This document shows, in pieces, positions 39,868 to 50,014 of a DNA stretch of 64,000 nt. The stretch is from an uncultured Mycoplasmatota bacterium. GTDB taxonomy: Bacteria; Bacillota_I; Bacilli_A; RF39; UBA660. Within the stretch, counting starts at the first letter, position 1. The number at the start of each line of letters is the position of its first letter. The stretch covers positions 11-64,010 of the forward strand of contig USRP01000001.1 in assembly GCA_900557185.1 (NCBI GenBank), given 5' to 3'. The notes under the pieces were generated by a model. That model saw only the letters and a program-made list of their open reading frames with translations. It was not told where the DNA came from and did no database searches. A program made the position numbers and the translations under genes.

Positions 39868-40530
39868 GTGATGTTTATGATGGATAAAATCATTGAATTA
39901 TTAAAACAGTCAACCGGAACATTTCCTTTGCTGTTATTACATCATTATAAAGATTTAAAATTATCTGACTCAGAGTTTATTCTATTAGTAGAATTATTAA
40001 ATACGGATTTAGAATTTAATCCGAAAAAGATGAGTCAAGATTTAAAGATGGATTTAAATGATGTCTTAGAAGAAATGAATGGTTTAGTAGATAAAGGTAT
40101 TTTAAAGATTGAAGTCCGTAAAGTGAGAAATTTAAGATCGGAATATATTAATTTAGATGACCTTTATGAGAAATTAGCATTCTTTATTGTCAATGAAGAT
40201 GAGTCAAGTAATAGTGAAAATATTTTTGATATATTTGAAAGAGAATTTGGTCGTACATTATCACCGATGGAATACGAGATTATTCAGAGTTGGTGTGGTG
40301 GTGAATTCAGTCAAGAATTAATTGTTCTAGCACTCAAAGAAGCGACTTATAATGGAGCGAATAATCTAAGATATATCGATAAGATTTTGTATGAGTGGAA
40401 GAAAAAAGGTATTAAAACAAAAGAGGATGTGGAAAAACAAAAGAATGAATTTCACAAAAAGAAAGAGTTACAAACAAAAGAATTGTTTGACTATGATTGG
40501 TTAAATGAACGAGAAGATACAAGCAATTAG
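39868..40530 (+). CDS. dnaD: DnaD-domain replication initiation/membrane attachment protein
   Basis: C-terminal DnaD/DDBH2 region (…LRYIDKILYEWKKKGIKTKEDV…). Conserved dnaD-nth adjacency with overlap. Confidence 0.55.
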   Translation: MMFMMDKIIELLKQSTGTFPLLLLHHYKDLKLSDSEFILLVELLNTDLEFNPKKMSQDLKMDLNDVLEEMNGLVDKGILKIEVRKVRNLRSEYINLDDLYEKLAFFIVNEDESSNSENIFDIFEREFGRTLSPMEYEIIQSWCGGEFSQELIVLALKEATYNGANNLRYIDKILYEWKKKGIKTKEDVEKQKNEFHKKKELQTKELFDYDWLNEREDTSN

Positions 40531-41146
40531 TGATTATTTAGATGAATTATATCCCAATCCTCGTTGTGAGTTAAATTATACAAAAGATTATGAATTGTTA
40601 CTTGCTGTCATGTTAAGTGCACAAACAACGGATAAGAGAGTCAATCAAGTAACTAGTGTTTTATTTCAGAAATATCCGACTTTACAGGCTTTAGAACAAG
40701 CTGATATCAAAGATATTGAACAGATTATAAAACCAATTGGAACTTATACAAAAAAAGCGAAAAACGTACATGAAATTGCTACACATTTACTAAAAGAACA
40801 GAATGGAATTGTACCCAATGATCGCGAGTACTTAGAGACTCTTCCGGGAGTAGGTAGAAAGACAACCAATGTTGTACTTAGTAATTTATATGATGCGAAG
40901 TGTATTGCTGTGGATACACATGTTGCACGTGTTAGTGTTCGTTTAGGCTTAGCACGAAAAAATGATGATGTGAGAACGATTGAAAATAAGTTAACGAAGA
41001 AATTTCCTAAAGAGAGTTTAGGACGTTTACATCATCAACTCGTATTATTTGGAAGATATCATTGCAAGGCGAGAAATCCAGAGTGTGAAAGTTGTAAGTT
41101 ATATGACATTTGTAAATCAAAAGACAAGAAAAAAGTATCTGAATAG
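40505..41146 (+). CDS. nth: Endonuclease III
   Basis: HhH-GPD motif (LPGVGRKTTNVVL…D) and C-terminal 4Fe-4S cluster loop CKARNPECESCKLYDIC. Confidence 0.85.
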   Translation: MNEKIQAISDYLDELYPNPRCELNYTKDYELLLAVMLSAQTTDKRVNQVTSVLFQKYPTLQALEQADIKDIEQIIKPIGTYTKKAKNVHEIATHLLKEQNGIVPNDREYLETLPGVGRKTTNVVLSNLYDAKCIAVDTHVARVSVRLGLARKNDDVRTIENKLTKKFPKESLGRLHHQLVLFGRYHCKARNPECESCKLYDICKSKDKKKVSE

Positions 41147-41153
41147 ATACTTT

Positions 41154-41705
41154 TTATAGTTTAAAATCATTTGTAATATCATCGTTCATATCTTTTCCAT
41201 CAAAGTAATTTTTTACTTTATAATGAAGTAAAAAAGCGAGAATATTAGAAGGAAAAGAACGAACTAATTTATTATAAGTTGTTACAATGCTATTATAGTA
41301 CTCTCTACAAGCATATATTTCTGCTTCTGATTCGTTTAAAGAAATTTCTATTTTTAAATAAGATTCACACGTTTTTAATATATCGTATTTTTCTTTGTAT
41401 TGATGAAATTCATTAATTCCATCATAAAGTTTACGATCTAAATCAAAATTAGATAATTTACGAGAACGTAATTTTACAATCTCTTCTAATACTTCTTCTT
41501 TCTCATCTAATTTCGCATTGGTTTTAATAATGTGAATTGATTTATTGAGCAAATCGAAGCGTTTTCTTAATACTGAATCAATATTAGCTTCAGCTTCATT
41601 TAAACGAATAAAACAGTTCTGAAATTTGTTATAACACTGAATACAAAGTATTAATAAAATACAAACTATAATACAAATCACAAGAAAAAACATAAATACG
41701 TTCAT
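41154..41705 (-). CDS. lemA: LemA-family membrane protein
   Basis: N-terminal TM helix and conserved LemA blocks (…NEAEANIDSVLRKRFDLL…, …YNSIVTTYNKLVRSFPSNILA…). Confidence 0.6.
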   Translation of the reverse strand: MNVFMFFLVICIIVCILLILCIQCYNKFQNCFIRLNEAEANIDSVLRKRFDLLNKSIHIIKTNAKLDEKEEVLEEIVKLRSRKLSNFDLDRKLYDGINEFHQYKEKYDILKTCESYLKIEISLNESEAEIYACREYYNSIVTTYNKLVRSFPSNILAFLLHYKVKNYFDGKDMNDDITNDFKL

Positions 41706-41756
41706 ACTATCACCAAGAATATTATAGCAAATTTCAGATTACTTGACTAGTATATT

Positions 41757-42179
41757 CTAATTTGGAATAAATTCTGGGCTGTAATTAATCTTCTCATAGA
41801 ATTTGAAGTAGTCAATGTAAATGGTAAGAAGTAAATACCATTCTCCATTCGTTGGATTACTAATAATAATATGGTCACGACCAGCTTGTTCTACAATTCC
41901 TGAGAATTTAAGATCACGCCATTCTTTAGAGTCTGGGAATGTCATATAGACATCTACTTTTTTTCCTTTATTTAATCTTAGAATATTTTCAATATAAGAT
42001 TGCTCCATTGGGAAATCTCCTGTCATGGTAGGAACCGTTTGTTGGTTGGGAATATTTCCACTGCCTGTGAATATTGGAGCTCCGGTAAAATTACTACTAT
42101 TATTTGTTCCTGGAAAAAAACTATTTTGATTCATATTTATTTCACCCTTTCTAATAAACGATATGCGAAAATGTGTCAA
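41757..42179 (-). CDS. gerQ: Spore coat protein GerQ-like
   Basis: Q/N/G-rich N-terminus followed by a conserved C-terminal block (…SYIENILRLNKGKKVDVYMTF…AGRDHIIISNPTNGEWYLLL…) resembling the GerQ family. Confidence 0.5.
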   Translation of the reverse strand: MTHFRISFIRKGEINMNQNSFFPGTNNSSNFTGAPIFTGSGNIPNQQTVPTMTGDFPMEQSYIENILRLNKGKKVDVYMTFPDSKEWRDLKFSGIVEQAGRDHIIISNPTNGEWYLLLTIYIDYFKFYEKINYSPEFIPN

Positions 42180-42248
42180 ATATGTAAAAAAGATGATTTC
42201 AAATGAATGGAGATATGGTATAATGCTTATGTTAGAAAGGGGTTAAGT

Positions 42249-42824
42249 ATGAAAGTAACAGTAGGGATTTCAGCACATCATGTTCATTTAACAAAAGAAG
42301 ATTTAGAGATTCTTTTTGGAGAAGGATATGAATTGACTGTCAATCGAGATATTAATCAACCTGGTCAATTTGCGAGTAATGAGTTTGTAACGATTCGTAC
42401 AGAAAAAAGCGAAATTGCACATATTCGTATTTTAGGACCAGTCCGTTCATATACACAAGTAGAATTATCAAAAACAGATTATATTAAATTAGGATTAGAT
42501 GCACCGATTAGAGAATCAGGAGAAGTAGAAAATAGTGCCAAAGTAACGATTATCGGACCAAAAGGAATGATAGAAAGAGAAGCTGGTATTATCGCAACAC
42601 GTCATATTCACGTTCCAGTAGAAGATGCTGAAAAATTAGGATTAGCAGGACATGATTATGTCAGTGTAAAAGTTCCTGGTCCAAAAGGTGGTATTATGTA
42701 TCACGTATCATTACGTATTGCTCCTAATTCTTATTATGAAATGCATATTGATACAGATGATGCTAATGCTTTTCAAATCAAGAATGGTGCAGAGTTAGAA
42801 ATTTATAAGGATATTGAAGAATGA
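42249..42824 (+). CDS. pduL: Phosphate propanoyl/acetyl-transferase PduL/EutD-type
   Basis: Two PduL repeats with characteristic GISAHHVHL and TRHIHV His motifs. RBS aagggg upstream of ATG 42249. Confidence 0.7.
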   Translation: MKVTVGISAHHVHLTKEDLEILFGEGYELTVNRDINQPGQFASNEFVTIRTEKSEIAHIRILGPVRSYTQVELSKTDYIKLGLDAPIRESGEVENSAKVTIIGPKGMIEREAGIIATRHIHVPVEDAEKLGLAGHDYVSVKVPGPKGGIMYHVSLRIAPNSYYEMHIDTDDANAFQIKNGAELEIYKDIEE

Positions 42825-43042
42825 GTCAGCAAATTCAAATCTGTGATCGCTGTAAAGCAATCAAAAAAGAAGATATAGAATATGTGAAAAAGACATATTC
42901 GGATTGTAATATACAAGTAGGTTGTTGTAATTTATGTGGAATAGGGCGTAGTAAACCATTTGTTATTTATAACCATGTTCCCATAATTGCTGATACGTTT
43001 GAAGAAGTAATCAAAAAATTGGAAGCAAGAAGGAAGTCATGA
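42821..43042 (+). CDS. Small Cys-rich protein (DUF1450-like) translationally coupled to pduL
   Basis: 73 aa. CDRC…CNIQVGCCNLCG pattern. ATGA overlap with pduL. Confidence 0.4.
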   Translation: MSQQIQICDRCKAIKKEDIEYVKKTYSDCNIQVGCCNLCGIGRSKPFVIYNHVPIIADTFEEVIKKLEARRKS

Positions 43043-43151
43043 TGACTTCCTTTCTTTTAAACACAATACTTTTTGTCAATATACGTAAATAAAAAGTAAA
43101 ATTGCTATATTTTCTAATAAAATTATTCTATAATAAAGATAGAGGTGGCTT

Positions 43152-45284
43152 ATGCAAGAAAGAGTATTAGAAATATTAAAAGAAGAAGAACGTGCCTATA
43201 GTATTGAAGAATTGGAAACAATTTTAGGAATTCGCACTGCAGATGAATTAAAAGATTTATTAAGTGTATTACGAGATTTGGAAAATTCTTTAAAAGTTTA
43301 TCATACCAATAAAGGAAATTATATGTTATTTAACAACAGTCATCTAAGAGTTGGAAAATTAATTGGAAATAAAAAAGGATTTGGTTTTGTTGATATAGAA
43401 GGAGACGAAGATGTATTTATTCCTCCTACTTGTATGAATGGAGCAATTCATGGTGATCAAGTTGTCGTTGAAATTACTTCGAAAAAAGGTTTGGATTTAG
43501 AAGGTAGAATTGTCAAAGTAATCGATCGTAAATTACACCAAATTGTCGGTGAGTTTTACTATAAGGCTGGGGTAGGACACATTGATCCAGATGATAAAAA
43601 AATTAATATTCGTATTGATATCGAACAAAGTAAAACAATGGGGGCTATGAATGGCCATAAAGTCCTTGTTCGTTTAATTGGCAAAGGAGAAAAAGGAAAC
43701 TATAAAGGAGAAGTTATTAAGATATTAGGGCATAAAAATGATCCTGGTGTCGATATTTTGTCAATTGTTAGTAAATATGAAATCGAAGATACATTTTCTG
43801 ATGAAGTGATGGAAGCAGTAGAAAAAATTCCAATGGAAGTAACTGAAGAAGAATATGTTGGACGAAGAGATTTAAGAGATAAAGTAATCTTTACAATCGA
43901 TGGAGCAGATGCGAAAGATTTAGATGATGCTGTTTCTATCGATAAGTTAGAAAATGGTCATTACTTATTAGGGGTTCATATTGCCGATGTATCTCATTAT
44001 GTAAAAGAAAATGGTGTCATTGATCAAGATGCATTTGAAAGAGGAACCAGTGTTTATTTAGCAGATAGAGTGATTCCAATGTTACCTCATAAATTGTCAA
44101 ATGGAATTTGTTCTTTAAATGGTGGTGTTGATCGCTTAACGATTAGTTGTGATATGGAAATTGATGAACAGGGAAATGTTGTCGATTATGATATTTATGA
44201 AAGTGTCATTAATTCTAAAAAGAGAATGACTTATCAAGCAGTCAATGATATTTTAGAAAAAAATATTGTCGAACCAGGTTATGAACCATTTGTAGATGAC
44301 TTAAAAGAAATGGAGAAGCTTGCTCATATTCTCCGTAAAAATAAAGAAAGACGTGGCTATATTGACTTTGATATCGATGAAGCAAAAATTATTGTCGATG
44401 AAAAAGGAGAAGCAGTTGATGTAAAATTAAGAGAAAGAGGTACGGGAGAAAAATTAATCGAAGATTTTATGATTGCTGCCAATGAAACCGTAGCAACACA
44501 TATTTATTATATGGAACTTCCATTTATCTATCGTATCCATGGAAAACCAAATGAAGAAAAGATTGATAGTTTTGCTCAATTCTTAAAGACTTTAGGAATA
44601 TCTATTCAATACAAAAAAGATGATATTACACCTAAAGAGATGCAACAAGTATTAAATAGTTTAAGAGAAAATAAATTATTCCATTTACTTTCTAGTCTTC
44701 TTTTAAGAAGTATGCAAAAAGCTGTATATGATAAAACTAATATTGGACACTTTGGACTTGCAAGTAAATGTTATACGCATTTTACTTCGCCAATCCGTCG
44801 TTATCCAGACCAAACAGTACATCGTTTACTAAGAACTTATTTATTTGATAAAAAATTAGATCCGGAAACAATTCGTACATGGGATTTAAAATTAATTTCA
44901 ATTGCTCAACACTCTAGTGAAAAAGAAAGAAATGCGATTAGTTGTGAACGTGAAGTAGACGATATGAAGAAAGCTGAATATATGATGAAACATATTGGAG
45001 AGGAATATGAAGGTATGATTACCAGCGTTCTTAACTTTGGTATGTTTGTCGAATTAGATAACTTGATTGAAGGTTTAATTGCCGATGATAGTATGAGAGG
45101 AGATACTTATTATTACGATGAATCTACTTTCTCATATGTAGGTAAGAATTCTGGAAAGAGATATCGTTTAGGAGACCGTGTTAAAGTAACGGTATTAAAT
45201 GCCAATAAAGAAAATAAAACCGTAGATTTTATTTTAAGTGAAATGAAAGATATGAAAAAACAAGAAAAAGAAGCATCTAATTAG
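43152..45284 (+). CDS. rnr: Ribonuclease R
   Basis: N-terminal HTH/cold-shock-like OB domains, central RNB catalytic domain, C-terminal S1 domain and basic tail. 710 aa. Confidence 0.85.
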   Translation: MQERVLEILKEEERAYSIEELETILGIRTADELKDLLSVLRDLENSLKVYHTNKGNYMLFNNSHLRVGKLIGNKKGFGFVDIEGDEDVFIPPTCMNGAIHGDQVVVEITSKKGLDLEGRIVKVIDRKLHQIVGEFYYKAGVGHIDPDDKKINIRIDIEQSKTMGAMNGHKVLVRLIGKGEKGNYKGEVIKILGHKNDPGVDILSIVSKYEIEDTFSDEVMEAVEKIPMEVTEEEYVGRRDLRDKVIFTIDGADAKDLDDAVSIDKLENGHYLLGVHIADVSHYVKENGVIDQDAFERGTSVYLADRVIPMLPHKLSNGICSLNGGVDRLTISCDMEIDEQGNVVDYDIYESVINSKKRMTYQAVNDILEKNIVEPGYEPFVDDLKEMEKLAHILRKNKERRGYIDFDIDEAKIIVDEKGEAVDVKLRERGTGEKLIEDFMIAANETVATHIYYMELPFIYRIHGKPNEEKIDSFAQFLKTLGISIQYKKDDITPKEMQQVLNSLRENKLFHLLSSLLLRSMQKAVYDKTNIGHFGLASKCYTHFTSPIRRYPDQTVHRLLRTYLFDKKLDPETIRTWDLKLISIAQHSSEKERNAISCEREVDDMKKAEYMMKHIGEEYEGMITSVLNFGMFVELDNLIEGLIADDSMRGDTYYYDESTFSYVGKNSGKRYRLGDRVKVTVLNANKENKTVDFILSEMKDMKKQEKEASN

Positions 45285-45311
45285 ATGCTCTCTTTATTTA
45301 AGGGGTGAATT

Positions 45312-45845
45312 ATGACTTTATATTTAGTAAGACATGGAGAAACAGATTGGAATTTAGAAAATAGAATTCAAGGGGATAGTGATATTCCATTAAATCAAAC
45401 AGGAATTTTACAAGCAAGAGAAGTGAAAGATAAGTTAAAAGATATTGCATTTGATCTTTGTTATACTTCTCCTTTAGAAAGAGCCTATAAAACAGCCCAA
45501 ATCATCATCGAAGGGAAATGCCCAATTATTTCTGTTCCCGAGCTCATAGAGCGTGATTTTGGTAAAATAGAGGGGAATCCAATCACATCAGAACAATCTA
45601 AAAAATATTGGAACTATCAATTAAACTCTAGTGATGATGAAGTAGAACCAGTAAGACATCTATTAGACCGTACGAGAAACTTTTTAATAAAATTATTACA
45701 AGAACATAGAAATCAAACCATTTTAATTGTTACCCACGGTTCTACATTAAGAGCACTACACTATAACATAACTGGCTATCAAACAACAGAAGACTTCATG
45801 AAATTTCAAGTTCAAAATTGTCAAATCTTTCAATATGAGATATAA
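45312..45845 (+). CDS. Histidine phosphatase family protein (phosphoglycerate-mutase-like)
   Basis: N-terminal [10 protein letters not shown] catalytic motif. Confidence 0.65.
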   Translation: MTLYLVRHGETDWNLENRIQGDSDIPLNQTGILQAREVKDKLKDIAFDLCYTSPLERAYKTAQIIIEGKCPIISVPELIERDFGKIEGNPITSEQSKKYWNYQLNSSDDEVEPVRHLLDRTRNFLIKLLQEHRNQTILIVTHGSTLRALHYNITGYQTTEDFMKFQVQNCQIFQYEI

Positions 45846-46299
45846 TGAAAACGTTGGTGATAACATGGAAATAGTAAATAGAAAAGCAAAATTTGACTAC
45901 GAAATTATTGATACATATGAAGCTGGAATTGTCTTAACAGGAACAGAAATTAAATCATTAAGACAAGGAAATGCAAATATCAAAGATAGTTATGCAGTAA
46001 TTAGAAATAACGAAGCATATCTTTTAAATATGCATATTAGTATCTATAAAGAAGGAAATCAATTTAATCATGATGAAACACGTACGAGAAAATTATTATT
46101 ACATAAAAAAGAAATTTATAAATTACGTGACAAAATCGCATTGAATGGTTATACTTTAGTTCCATTAAAAGTATATTTTAGTAAAAATTATGCTAAAGTA
46201 TTACTAGGTCTTGGTAAAGGTAAGAAAAATTACGATAAACGAGAAGCTATGAAGAAAAGAGATACAGAAATGTATTTGAAAAAAATGACAAAATATTAA
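45835..46299 (+). CDS. smpB: SsrA-binding protein
   Basis: Strong similarity to the SmpB N-terminus (…[29 protein letters not shown]…) and C-terminal basic tail. Alternative start at 45865. Confidence 0.8.
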   Translation: MRYNENVGDNMEIVNRKAKFDYEIIDTYEAGIVLTGTEIKSLRQGNANIKDSYAVIRNNEAYLLNMHISIYKEGNQFNHDETRTRKLLLHKKEIYKLRDKIALNGYTLVPLKVYFSKNYAKVLLGLGKGKKNYDKREAMKKRDTEMYLKKMTKY

Positions 46300-46317
46300 T
46301 TTATATGACTCTTTTTG

Positions 46318-46360
46318 AAAAGAAAAAAATAAAGCTTTAATGGGCTTTATTTTTTTATGA
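46318..46360. terminator. Terminator hairpin after smpB (aaagctttaatgggcttt + U-run)
   Basis: Inverted repeat followed by tttttttat. Convergent with the downstream minus-strand gene. Confidence 0.45.
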
Positions 46361-46637
46361 TATTCTGTTTTTCAGGATGATTTTGAAACCATTTTTTTGC
46401 ATAGGAACATGTCGCAATACATGTTTTTTCTTGACTCTGAATGACTTCATAAGCATGTTGTAATAATGAGTCGGCGATATGCATTCCCCGATAAGCAGGA
46501 TCTACATAAGTATGATTGATATTAAGTAAGCTATTTTGTTCGGGAAACGTAACTTCACCAACTATCTTTCCATTATCTTTTACATATACGCGGTTTTCTT
46601 CTCTGATATATTCCATATAATCACCTAATAATATCAT
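46347..46637 (-). CDS. Small GNAT-like acetyltransferase (YjdJ-type, ~95 aa)
   Basis: Short acetyl-CoA-binding core (…VDPAYRGMHIADSLLQHA…). Confidence 0.5.
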   Translation of the reverse strand: MILLGDYMEYIREENRVYVKDNGKIVGEVTFPEQNSLLNINHTYVDPAYRGMHIADSLLQHAYEVIQSQEKTCIATCSYAKKWFQNHPEKQNIIKK

Positions 46638-46663
46638 ATAAAAATATCAAAAATATGACAAGG

Positions 46664-46894
46664 TTAATGTGAAGACTTTATCTTTTGATTCAGCTCTTTT
46701 TGAAATAAATATTCTTCGTATACAACATCTTCAAACTTTTTATAATATTTTATCAATAATTTTTGGCTGTGTTCTAATCTTCGTTTATTTACTTCATTTG
46801 GACATTTTCGATAAATCTCTTGTAAATTTGCTATCTTTCGTTCTAATGGTTCAATTATAATTTTACAAAAGTCTCTCACATTTTCATTAAACAT
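46664..46894 (-). CDS. Hypothetical small helical protein
   Basis: 76 aa ORF upstream of the GNAT gene in the same orientation. Confidence 0.3.
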   Translation of the reverse strand: MFNENVRDFCKIIIEPLERKIANLQEIYRKCPNEVNKRRLEHSQKLLIKYYKKFEDVVYEEYLFQKELNQKIKSSH

Positions 46895-47019
46895 ATTTTC
46901 CCTCCATATCTCGAATAAAATCTATTCACATAATCATATTATTAGTATAACACATAATCAAGTTATGTATTTTAATAAAATTTAGAAATTTTTATATATA
47001 CTGTCAAGTATAGTAATAG

Positions 47020-47253
47020 GTGGTAGTAAAAATGAAATTAGTGATACAAAAGAATCGATATACGAAAGGTGAAATTATTAAGATTTTAAGAGAGTGGACA
47101 GGAAAAACACAAAAAGAATTTGCCGAAGATATTGGAAAAAGTATGAATAGTATTCAGAAATATGAAGCAGACGAAGTAAATTATAGTATTCAAACGTTAT
47201 TAGATATTGTTAAGAAAAACGGATTAGTCATTACTATTGAAAAGAAAAAATAA
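47020..47253 (+). CDS. XRE-family helix-turn-helix protein
   Basis: HTH signature (…REWTGKTQKEFAEDIGKSMNSIQKYE…). Alternative start at 47032. Confidence 0.5.
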   Translation: MVVKMKLVIQKNRYTKGEIIKILREWTGKTQKEFAEDIGKSMNSIQKYEADEVNYSIQTLLDIVKKNGLVITIEKKK

Positions 47254-47332
47254 AGTGTCAAGTAACAAGAAGGTACAGGTATTTTTTGAGAAATATGATA
47301 AAATATAGATATATTGAGAATAAAGAAATGAA

Positions 47333-48079
47333 GTGTTATGTATGAGAAAGTACCGAAAAATAAAAATACCAAAAAGCCCGAAAGCTTTTCTTGTTTCATT
47401 GATTGTAATAGGTATTGCTGGATGCTTGACAGCATATCAAAATAATTTATTTACACCTAAAAAAGAAGAAAAGCCAGTCGCACAAACATCTTATCAATTA
47501 GAAAATATTCCTCCATATCAAGGAAATGCATATGTTGTGATCAATCAAAACGAACCAAAATTTACAGAAGAAGACAAAAATTTTACAGGGGAAAACTACA
47601 GTAATTTAGATACATTAGGACGTTGTGGCATTGCAATGGCACGTGTGGGAATAGATACGATGCCAACAGAAGAACGAGGTAGTATTGGTATGATAAAACC
47701 ATCAGGATGGCATACTGTAAAGTATGATATTGTCAGTGGAAAATACTTATATAATCGTTGCCATTTAATTGGATATCAATTAACAGGAGAAAATGCCAAT
47801 GAAAAGAATTTAATTACATGTACAAGAAGTATGAATACAACGGGTATGTTAGAATGGGAAAATAAAGTAGCTGACTATGTGAAAGAAACAAAAAAACATG
47901 TATTATATCGTGTAACCCCTATGTTTCAGGATGAAAATTTAGTCGCAACAGGAGTTCAAATCGAAGCTCTATCATTAGAAGATAACGGAGAAGGGGTCAA
48001 ATTTAATGTCTTCGTTTATAATGTACAAGAAGGGATAGAAATTGATTATAAAACAGGGGACAGTAAATTAAAAGAATGA
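47333..48079 (+). CDS. Secreted lipoprotein DNA/RNA non-specific endonuclease (EndA/NucA-like)
   Basis: Signal peptide with lipobox (IAGC) and the DRGH-type active-site region (…YNRCHLIGYQL…N…). Confidence 0.6.
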   Translation: MLCMRKYRKIKIPKSPKAFLVSLIVIGIAGCLTAYQNNLFTPKKEEKPVAQTSYQLENIPPYQGNAYVVINQNEPKFTEEDKNFTGENYSNLDTLGRCGIAMARVGIDTMPTEERGSIGMIKPSGWHTVKYDIVSGKYLYNRCHLIGYQLTGENANEKNLITCTRSMNTTGMLEWENKVADYVKETKKHVLYRVTPMFQDENLVATGVQIEALSLEDNGEGVKFNVFVYNVQEGIEIDYKTGDSKLKE

Positions 48080-48080
48080 A

Positions 48081-48103
48081 AAAAGATACCTAGGTATCTT
48101 TTT
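48081..48103. terminator. Bidirectional terminator (aaaagatacctaggtatctttt)
   Basis: Perfect palindrome with A/T runs between convergent genes. Confidence 0.5.
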
Positions 48104-48254
48104 ATAATGGAAATCTATTTTTGTAATCAAAATATTCCCATATACAATAGATGATAAATTTAAAATATTCGATCATATGTTACCTCCTCATTACTAACAT
48201 TCCGTAAAAAGAGGTAAATTCCTGCAAAAAAAAGCAAATAGTTTTTATATTTGC

Positions 48255-48608
48255 TTAATAAGGAAAAGGTCTCATTCTGCCTGGAATGATTAATCTTTGC
48301 CCAGGAAAAACGATTGGAAAAGTCATTTGATTCACAAACATAATATCGTTTACAGAAACCCCAAATCTTCTACTGATAGACCAAATGGTATCCCCACGTC
48401 TTACAATATATATACGATTCATTGGTGGAGTAGGTTGAAATGGTGGTCTTGGCGGTCTAGGATTTACTGGTGGAATAATAATCACCATTCCAGGTATTAA
48501 TCGACTGTTTGGTCCTAATCCATTCATACTCATTAACTCATTAGTAGGTACTTGAAAACTTTGAGCAATACTGTCTATACTATCATTGGGAGTTACAGTA
48601 TAAGTCAT
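48255..48608 (-). CDS. LysM-domain protein (two LysM repeats joined by a Pro-rich linker), spore-coat/cell-wall binding type
   Basis: YTVTPNDSIDSIA… and YIVRRGDTIWSIS… LysM motifs. PRPPRPPFQPTPP linker. Confidence 0.6.
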   Translation of the reverse strand: MTYTVTPNDSIDSIAQSFQVPTNELMSMNGLGPNSRLIPGMVIIIPPVNPRPPRPPFQPTPPMNRIYIVRRGDTIWSISRRFGVSVNDIMFVNQMTFPIVFPGQRLIIPGRMRPFPY

Positions 48609-48698
48609 AAATATCCTCCTTTATTTTCAAGGATATTATATGAAATCAAAAGAAATAAGTGATATATAAAAACGTAGATGAATCATACATCTACATTT

Positions 48699-48995
48699 TT
48701 AGTGTCTTTCATGTAATCTACGCTTGATTTGTATGATTAAATCAATTGGTGGTTTTTCCATCTGATTTAATACAAGTAAAGCATCTTGTAATTTTGTTTT
48801 TAATGAATAAGTATCTTTAATATGTTCTATTTCATTGTCTAATTCAAAACTTGAACTAGGATTTTGCTTCATAAATTCAATAATATATTCTTTGATATCT
48901 TGTAACACAAATTCTTTTAATGGGTAAGAATCCATCTCCATGACACCAAAATAGCCACTAATCATATATCGATAAGCATCTTCTATTTCTATCAT
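48699..48995 (-). CDS. Hypothetical protein
   Basis: 98 aa ORF. No family recognised. Confidence 0.35.
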   Translation of the reverse strand: MIEIEDAYRYMISGYFGVMEMDSYPLKEFVLQDIKEYIIEFMKQNPSSSFELDNEIEHIKDTYSLKTKLQDALLVLNQMEKPPIDLIIQIKRRLHERH

Positions 48996-49091
48996 TCTAT
49001 CACCTGTAAATTTATTTTATCAAAGAAATAAGTGAAAAGCTACTATCTATATTATAAATTTTATGCTACCATAAAGATGGTGAAAAGGTGA

Positions 49092-49865
49092 GTGATTGAT
49101 ATGACATTTGATTTTGAAAATTTTGATGGTACGAATAGTGATATTATTGAAATAGTGTCATCAGAATCAGCATTGAAATTATTAAAACGTAGTGGGAATA
49201 AAAACATAAAAGTTTGTTTACCATTATCATTATATATTGGTAAATTGGACAGCATGAAGCCGTTTAATAGAAAAGTACTATCTAAATATTATAAAAATAA
49301 TGCCACTTATAATTTTACTGATGTTTTTCATAAATTAGAACAAATTATTCAGCATTGTACAAAAATTAGAATTTGGTCTAGTCATTTAGATAGCGATTCT
49401 TATTGTTTATTGTTATTGATATGCTATTTATTTCAAGATAAGAAAATTAGCGCTATTTTTTCTGAGGAATTGGATGGGAATGCCCCATCAATTACTTCAT
49501 TAAGTGAATTAGAAATTCACGATTCAGAAAAGAGAGAACATGTATTAACGCAATTACAAAAAAATGATTATTGTGAACAATGGGAAAAAATAGTTAATGA
49601 TAATAAAGAATTAAGATATATGATGAATGGAGTTGTTATATCTTGTGATATAGATTCTTTTAATCATGAGATTATAGATAGATTAAAAGAAGTGAAAAAA
49701 GCATATATATATTATTTCATCACAGACTTAATGATTCATCCATCAATTCCAAATGTCATGTTTCCGGATATGTTTTATAAGTATTTAATAGAAAATTTAG
49801 AATCGGATGGAATTATAAAAAGTTCTATTATAGATGGAAAAAAATATATAGAATTAAATCAATAA
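49092..49865 (+). CDS. Hypothetical protein, possibly DUF1835/DUF3658-like
   Basis: 257 aa. The N-terminal …IIEIVSSESALKLLKRSG… weakly resembles the DUF1835 start. Low confidence. Confidence 0.3.
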   Translation: MIDMTFDFENFDGTNSDIIEIVSSESALKLLKRSGNKNIKVCLPLSLYIGKLDSMKPFNRKVLSKYYKNNATYNFTDVFHKLEQIIQHCTKIRIWSSHLDSDSYCLLLLICYLFQDKKISAIFSEELDGNAPSITSLSELEIHDSEKREHVLTQLQKNDYCEQWEKIVNDNKELRYMMNGVVISCDIDSFNHEIIDRLKEVKKAYIYYFITDLMIHPSIPNVMFPDMFYKYLIENLESDGIIKSSIIDGKKYIELNQ

Positions 49866-49971
49866 AATATTTTAAAATTGTTAGGTGGAGAACAATAATG
49901 TGTTGCAATTGCTAGAAGTTAATTTTATGTTTGGAAAATGATTTGCGATGATGAACCACCTGGTAGCTTAG

Positions 49972-50014
49972 ATAAAAAAACAATGAATAACTATGATTTT
50001 TCATTGTTTTTTTG
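49972..50014. terminator. Bidirectional terminator hairpin (aaaaaaacaatgaa…ttcattgttttttt)
   Basis: Inverted repeat caatgaa/ttcattg flanked by A7 and T7. Confidence 0.45.

Noticed and set aside
46347-46894. GNAT plus small upstream protein as a GNAT-RHH toxin-antitoxin pair
   Set aside because: The GNAT protein is only ~96 aa, which matches the small YjdJ-type family rather than ~170-aa AtaT/TacT toxins. The upstream 76-aa protein shows no RHH or HTH signature.
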